Of a stretch of 64,000 nucleotides of DNA, positions 57,164 to 64,000 are shown in pieces (position 1 is the stretch's first letter; the number at the start of each line of letters is the position of its first letter). This DNA comes from Eledone cirrhosa (taxonomy: Eukaryota). The notes below the pieces were generated by a model. It had not been told where the DNA came from, did not search any database, and was given only the letters and a program-made list of their open reading frames with translations. The stretch is from the NCBI GenBank assembly GCA_964016885.1, contig OZ024741.1, forward strand, positions 199,144,001-199,208,000, given 5' to 3'. The position numbers were made by a program, and so were the translations under genes.

Positions 57164-59173
57164 TTAAGTTATTTTATAGTGAGAGAATTTAGCTTTTAGT
57201 TTGTGGTTGCAGTATAATGATCGTTCAATTCTATCGTTAAGTAGTTTGTTTTTGGATTTTAATATGTAAAAGAGCTCAAGGTTACATAACCTACAGTACT
57301 TCAATCCACTCCGATATGCACTTGCGCTGGAAAGTATATCCCATTTTAAGGTGAACTGTTGGTTGTGTTCACGGAGTTGCCAGGTCTTGTTGGCGAGCGT
57401 GGTCACAAAACAGTGATTCGGATGTTTGATTGAGAATCGATGATGGTACCAGCGAGATTTAAACGAGGTGGTGGTAGATCCGATATAATACCATTTCTGG
57501 TCGTTCGATTCAACCGTGCATTGGTAAACAATGTTGGACTTTAGGCATTCATTCTTCAATGGACATCTTTCAGGTAGATGGCAGTTACATTCTTTGTTGT
57601 GGGTAGCGGGTATACCATGGATAGGTTGTGATAGCGGTACAGGTGGGTTGTGTAATACCCGTCTCCCATTTAGTGGTTGGGAGGCAGATATTGCGTTCTG
57701 CCCATCTGTTACTAAAATGTTTTGTTTTGTAGAGTTGTTTAATTGCCTTAAGTTAAGTTTTTTTTATGTATGCTTCAAGGTTTGGTGCCGTGGAGTATGA
57801 TAGTCTAATAGTTTTAGAGTTCAGAATTTTGCTGTATTTATGGGAACTAGGGAAGTGTTTGTTGATTAACTTAAAGAATGAGAGAGATAGTTTTGTACTA
57901 ATTGAGGCATTAAAAATAGGATTGTACCAGATATACTTTCTACAACGTGATTTATTTGGTGGTGATCTTCTATTATTAGTATGTCTGGTAGTACTGTGTG
58001 TGTGTGCTTGTATTTTAGTCCCCCGGTTACGCATTCCTTGATTTCGTGTAGAGCTATGTGTGTTATGGAAATTCCTATCAATGTATTCCATTGTATCCCG
58101 GTGGTCGGCCTTCCTTAATGCATTATTGTAGTATTCAGCGTGTTCACTAAAAATATCAGAGTTAGACGATAGGCGAGATATTCTAAGAGAAATACTCCGG
58201 GGAACTGATTTGATCATGGAGAGTGGGTGGTTTGAGTTAAAGTTAATATATGTAAGGTTCTCATTTACCTTGTGGAAGGGTCGTATCTGTCCGGTATTTA
58301 AATTAAGAGTTACGTCCAGAAAGTTTACTACTTTAAGATTGTATTCGTATGTTATTTTTAGACCCAGTTCACTAAAAGATTTTCTAATATTTTTCCGTAG
58401 CCTTTCAAGATTTTGGTTATTCAAGTTATTAACTAATAAGAGCCCGTCATCTCTGTATATCCCCCCCTGTAGATTACTAAATTTTCCATGTAATATGTGG
58501 GCTATGTAAATTCCCACGAGATCCGTGACCTCCGCCGAGTCGTTGGAACCCATGGTAATATCGAAATTTGTGGGTCTGTCCTTACGTTCCCAGTAGCAGT
58601 TATCGAACTTAATAATGGTTTTTCTAGCCTCGAGAATAATATTAATTTCGTCCTCCGTTAGGTCGGAATTGGCCTTAGCAAACGATAGGGCCTTACGTAA
58701 AGTGCTTGGTGAGATGGAAGAGTAATATTCGTCTATGTCAAATTGTATAAACTTAGATTTATTCTTATTCTTAACATTATTAAACCAGCGAATTGCTTCG
58801 CTAGTGTTGCCCCATAATTTAATTTCTATTTTCTTTTTCACTTGAGTTATTACTCTGTCAAGTATATGTTTGCTAATTTTCCCTATGTCTGATTTAGAAG
58901 GGCATATAAGTCTAATCTTAGGGTTAGAGTCAAAATTTACCTTATGGTCCTTCAGGTTGAAGGTGGGGGTAGTGGGTATAATCGGCTCGGTTATATCGTC
59001 TATCTTGAGATTCTTCACCACTTTATATGCCTCGTTGTTAATATTTGCTAGCGTAGTTTCATTTGTTTTTCTATATTTTTTGTGTAGTTCGTTGCGTATG
59101 AAGTTATTGTACGTATCAATATCCATGGTATACACGTTAGAGGTCTTGTCAGCTTTCACAACAATTCCATTCC
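57164..59173 (-). pseudogene. PLE RT-endonuclease ORF, single frameshift in an A8 run (57758-57765)
   Basis: ORFs 57753-59180 and 57164-57559 join into one open frame if one A is removed. Confidence 0.85.
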
Positions 59174-59227
59174 AGCACACGGAATAAATTACCTTTTTAT
59201 GATGTCTACCTGTTATTATTCATTCTT

Positions 59228-59253
<26 letters not shown>

Positions 59254-59258
<5 letters not shown>

Positions 59259-59859
59259 ATTTTCATATGGAACTGTGTAAGTTGTTTCAACTTAAAAGTA
59301 GAATTAAAATTTAGCTCCGACATACCTGTATACATATAAGTAGGTGAATTTCGTTTATCTAAAGATATACGGTATGTTTAATAAATAAACATTTTGGAAG
59401 CTTTCTAACAATGAATATTGAAAGGCTGGTAGGCAGTGCCATCTAGCAGATTCAACAGAAGCAGTGGAGGACAACTGTCTATGTGCATTTCATGTTTTGG
59501 CTATCCTGGTAAAAGAGGCTAATCAGCCCACCTACAGAAGCGAAAAAACTATATATTTTCACCTATTCCAAGTTTCTGCAGAGAGCAGAGAAAGCACTGT
59601 CCTAATGATAACCAGAGCTTGAATTTCGCAAAGACAGTTGTCTCACACTGCTTCTGCTGGAATCTGCTAGATGGCACTGCCTACCAGCCTTTCAATATTC
59701 ATTGTTAGAAGGCTTCCAAAATGTTTATTTATTAAACATACCGTATATCTTTAGATAAACAAAATTCACATACTTATATGTATACAGGTATGTCGGAGCT
59801 AAATTTTAATTCTACTTTTAAGTTGAAACAACTTACACAGCTCCATATGAAAATTAGAC
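59254..59859. mobile_element. Foldback/MITE with ~227-bp near-perfect inverted arms, inserted in (TA)n
   Basis: 59254-59480 is the reverse complement of 59632-59859 with few mismatches; 151-bp spacer; older relative at ~55597-55840. Confidence 0.9.
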
Positions 59860-61318
59860 TATATATATATATATATATATATATTTATCATTTATGTTAG
59901 GCCGTTTACCAATGAGTAGAACCAGTGATTCTAGTTCGTAAATGATGATGCAACAAGTTAATTAAATCACTCAATTAATTAAACATACTGAATATCTTTA
60001 GACATATGAAATTCGCATACTTGTATGTATAGTTAGATTGGAGCTAAATTTTAAAATATAATATACCACCCTAATTTGCATACCAAGCAATTTGGCAGCC
60101 GACTTTGCCAAAAATTAAAAGAACAAAATTTGTTTTCGTTCTTAACGATATATACATTTGAGAATGCTAAAAGCTTGACTTTGACTGTCCAATTCACATA
60201 CCAACATGTGCGCACACAAATGCATGAATTGTTACACACGCACATGAACATATGTGTATATATACACACAAAGTTGCCCTACCGATTGTACTCCAACACC
60301 CACATATGCCAATAAGGTCAATGTACTCCAACACCCACAAACAATAAGGTCAATGCTTATATATATACACCCATCATCTCACAAATCACAACAAACACTA
60401 TCATCTTTTTTGTTGCATCACCAGTCTGAAGAGCAGATCGATAATAGAGTCGGGTCCATAACCTCTATGGGTGACCCTGAGCCAATTCCTCTGCGAAATG
60501 CACATAACAGTGTGATACACAATATATATATAATGATAAGAATGCTGAAGTTTCATTTACAAGTATTCAAATTTTTATTGGGTATCACCTTGGTACGCAC
60601 ATTTCGCAGAGGATTGGCCTAGGACAAAGACAAAGGAATATATATCTATTTATCTATCTATCTATATGTATGTATATATCCCTTTGTCTTTATATATATA
60701 TTGAAAAGATAACAAGGACAATTGGTTACTCCTTCATTACATTTATTGGTAGGTGACGCGCGTTTCGCCACTGATCAGCTCAAAGTTTGATCTGTATCGA
60801 TCTTACCCAACTCTATAATCCGCAGCTCGACATATGTATGTATCTAAAAGGTAAACAGAAATAACAACACAATTGGTACAGTATATGGAAGGTATATATT
60901 AGGTTAACGCTTTATATAGCAGGAAGAGGGTCTTAATGTTTTGGATGCTAGCCCTATATCAGAAGGAAGAATGAGAAATAAAATAGATCGAGGGGACGGG
61001 CAGGATGGAATTGGAAAAAATGTCTTTAGATAAAAATAACAGGTCCATTCATTTAAAATGCTAGAGAGAACATTTATGAATACATATTAAATATGATTTA
61101 TGAATACATTTAAATATGATTTATGAATACATTTAAATATGATATTTTGCTCTGCTTATAATACAATTGTTAAACCATCTCTCTTTCCATCTAATCGCAT
61201 GGCTCACTAGTCTAGTAAACTATATGCATTGAGCTAATTACATTCTCTCTACTCGCTAGTAATCTGTATAACTAATCACTTCTCTCGTCTCCTGAATAAC
61301 TTACTTGCTTTTTACTCA

Positions 61319-61352
<34 letters not shown>

Positions 61353-61513
61353 TTAATTATACTATTTATGGTTATGTAAATACAAAAACCTTATGCAGTT
61401 ATATGTATTTTTTATACAAACCCTAAATAGTGGTAGGCAGTAATGTATTACTACCTTATTACCAGTAAGTTAAGTAGCTCAATGTAAAAACATCAGTTGT
61501 TCTACAGAGCAGT

Positions 61514-61579
61514 TATATGAAATATAAGAATCAAAGAACTGTTCAAAACATTAATGTTTTGAACAGTTCTTTGATTCTT

Positions 61580-61591
<12 letters not shown>
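61514..61591. repeat. Perfect 78-bp spacerless palindrome
   Basis: tatatgaaatataagaatcaaagaactgttcaaaacatt|aatgttttgaacagttctttgattcttatatttcatata. Confidence 0.95.
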
Positions 61592-61630
<39 letters not shown>

Positions 61631-61669
61631 TGAGTAAAAAGCAAGTAAGCTATTCAGGAGGCGAGAGAA

Positions 61670-61706
<37 letters not shown>

Positions 61707-61773
61707 TTGTCTTTGTCCTGTGTGCCCCTATTTTGAATTTATATCCTAAAGTCTTAATCATACATACATACAT

Positions 61774-61983
61774 CCCTTTAGCATTTAAACCAGCCATATC
61801 TGGCCATACTTTTTTCACCTCTTTATGTTCAAACTGGCTGTAACCGGCTGCTCATATTGATGTTATGGTATTGTTCTCAAAATAAATAATATCAAAATCT
61901 TGTAGATTCCATATTATGTGAGATAATGTGTTTACCGTGAAAATACAATAGTAAATATAGAGCAATGTAAATGCTAAAGGGTT
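61774..61983. mobile_element. piggyBac-like MITE (opposite orientation to 36058)
   Basis: ccctttagcattta ... taaatgctaaaggg termini. Confidence 0.75.
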
Positions 61984-62062
61984 ATACATATATACATCAA
62001 GCATAGAAAAATGGACGTGTAAGGATGATGATGTTAATGTGTCCAAGTTGATGAATTTAAAT

Positions 62063-62381
62063 CAGGAGTGTGCAACATATTCCATTGGCTGGCCACTTTG
62101 GAACATTGGAACAACCATTAGGGCCATTAATATTTATTAAGCACTATTCCAAAGATTCACCACAACTTCTTTCCATAACATGGAGCTGGGAAATTATAAC
62201 ACACATAGCCCTATCAGTGAAGCCCTTTAGTATAGGTCAACTAACAGAAAATTGTATTATGGTTACGAAAAAAATCCTAAATAAGCCTACAAGGTAAAAA
62301 TTTAAACGGTCTTCACGGGCCACTCTGACTGGTCTGGCAGGCCAGATTGTGGCCCGCGGGCCACCTGTTGCATGCCTCCTG
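62063..62381. mobile_element. hAT (Charlie-like) MITE
   Basis: 8-bp TSD atttaaat (62055-62062, 62382-62389); termini caggagtgtgcaac / gttgcatgcctcctg; subterminal gcgggcca motifs. Confidence 0.85.
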
Positions 62382-62449
62382 ATTTAAATGAATGCATGAC
62401 AGGAACTTCAGCATACAGGTGGTTTGATATCTATGTCTCTGTGAAGACA

Positions 62450-63780
62450 TGCATGAACACACACACACATCACACACCACACCTCATCATAACCGCATTA
62501 CACACATCACGCACATACACACACACACTACATCACCCCTTCCCCCTTGACACCTCACTAGCCATATCACACACATCAAACTACCTACCATATCACACAC
62601 AATGAACACACATCTCACCATATCACAAACAGACTCCTACTACACTGCACCACACCACACCACACCACCTCACACTCACACACAATACATACAGAAATCA
62701 CACACCTCACCAGACATATCTGAAGACTCAAACACAGACAAACTCACGTCACACACCAACCCACATCACATAACATACATCATCACTCACTTTACAATAC
62801 CACACACACACACGTACACACATACACATACACCACACACAAAGCACACACCATAACACACATGTACACATCCTACTACATACTACCATACACACACCAC
62901 CTTCAAGTACCATAAGCACACTCATTCTACCACAAACACACACCACATTCACACACACAATTTCATTATCATCATACATAAAATTATACATCTGAGAAAC
63001 AGATACTCAGACACAAATACAAACAGACTCTCTCTCTCTTCCTCTTCTCTCTTCCTTCCACCACTCTCCCCCTTTCTCACTTTTCCTTCACTCACTCCTC
63101 TCTCCCCCTTCCTTCATCTCTCTTTCCCCCCCTTTTACTTTCTCTCTCTCCTTTCATACACAAATGAACATAAAATTTCACATGTATATATAACAAAGAT
63201 ATGTATAACACACACACACATACACACACCTAGACACATCATACACACACATCATACATAGACACACACACACATACACACACCTAGACACATCATACAC
63301 ACACACATACACATGGACATACACACACCTAGACATCATGCACACACACACATCATACATAGACACACACACATAGACACACACACACACACACACCTAG
63401 ACACATCATACATAGATACACACACCTAGACACATCATACACACACACAGACATACATAGACACACACACACACACATCATACAGACACACACACACACA
63501 CACACATACATACATACACACACATTGCACAGATACAGATCATATGCACATACACACACACACAGACATACAGACACATCATGCACGGACACATACATCA
63601 TACAGACACACATACAGACATACATCATACAGACATACATCATACAGACACATATACAGACACATCATACACAGACACATATACAGACACATCATACACT
63701 GACACACATACAGACACATCATACACTGACACACATACTCATGTGATACACATAGACACACATACAGGGACATATAGACA
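62450..63780. repeat. (CA)-rich compound microsatellite/minisatellite tract
   Basis: Units such as cacacctagacacatcata and cagacacatcatac. Confidence 0.9.
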
Positions 63781-64000
63781 GGTTTCCACAAGCTACAGGT
63801 CTTTAAAAAGCTGGTGCTTTGCTGCAGACTATGGCTCTTGTGTTGAGAAAACACATATACCTACCTACTATGGTCCTGTCTAAGTCATGTGTGGGGTGGA
63901 AGGGGTGAGGATTTAGGGTCCCTGTGTGGGGTGGAGGGGTTTCTATGTACACAAAGAAACTCAACCACTGAATAAGTTACCCGAGTTCATTGAAATGATT

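Larger units (their letters stand above)
56357..59233 (-). mobile_element. Penelope-like retroelement (RT + C-terminal GIY-YIG), 5'-truncated, with inverted terminal segment
   Basis: KADKTSN, FIQFDIDEYYSSI, FDITMGSNDSAE, IYRDDG, NFLDVTLN, WYNP, CNC-x5-C-x5-C linker, IVYQC..YYIGST..FKSRWYHH, CRLCNLE; TA tracts on both sides. Confidence 0.95.
55904..59974. mobile_element. Palindromic element with ~95-bp inverted arms (55904-55999 / 59879-59974) split by nested insertions
   Basis: ttgagtgatttaattaa...ggcctaacataaatgataaat is the near-exact reverse complement of atttatcatttatgttaggcc...ttaattaaatcactcaa. Confidence 0.85.

Overview
AT-rich, repeat-dominated animal genomic DNA. The SINE and RTE repertoire suggests an octopod cephalopod, but that is an inference. 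The only host-gene sequence I can support is three + strand exons of an unconventional myosin motor domain (39976-40115, 46143-46260, 49458-49613, most like myosin-22/MyTH4-FERM class), so the window is probably almost all intron. The first ~31 kb is a mosaic of multi-kb (TA)n-derived arrays interleaved with fragments of a young RTE-clade LINE. That LINE's ORF carries a C4HC3 PHD finger between the RT core and the C-terminal region. Also present: Tc1/mariner relics, piggyBac-like and hAT-like MITEs, tRNA-type SINEs, a foldback element, minisatellites and three Penelope-like elements (PLEs). The most informative structure is at 55.9-60.0 kb. A palindromic element's central TA tract holds nested insertions, including a near-intact PLE with a 3' hammerhead ribozyme. 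The inverted 5' terminal segment of that PLE begins exactly at the predicted self-cleavage site. Most long Y/I-rich ORFs in the track are microsatellite artefacts.
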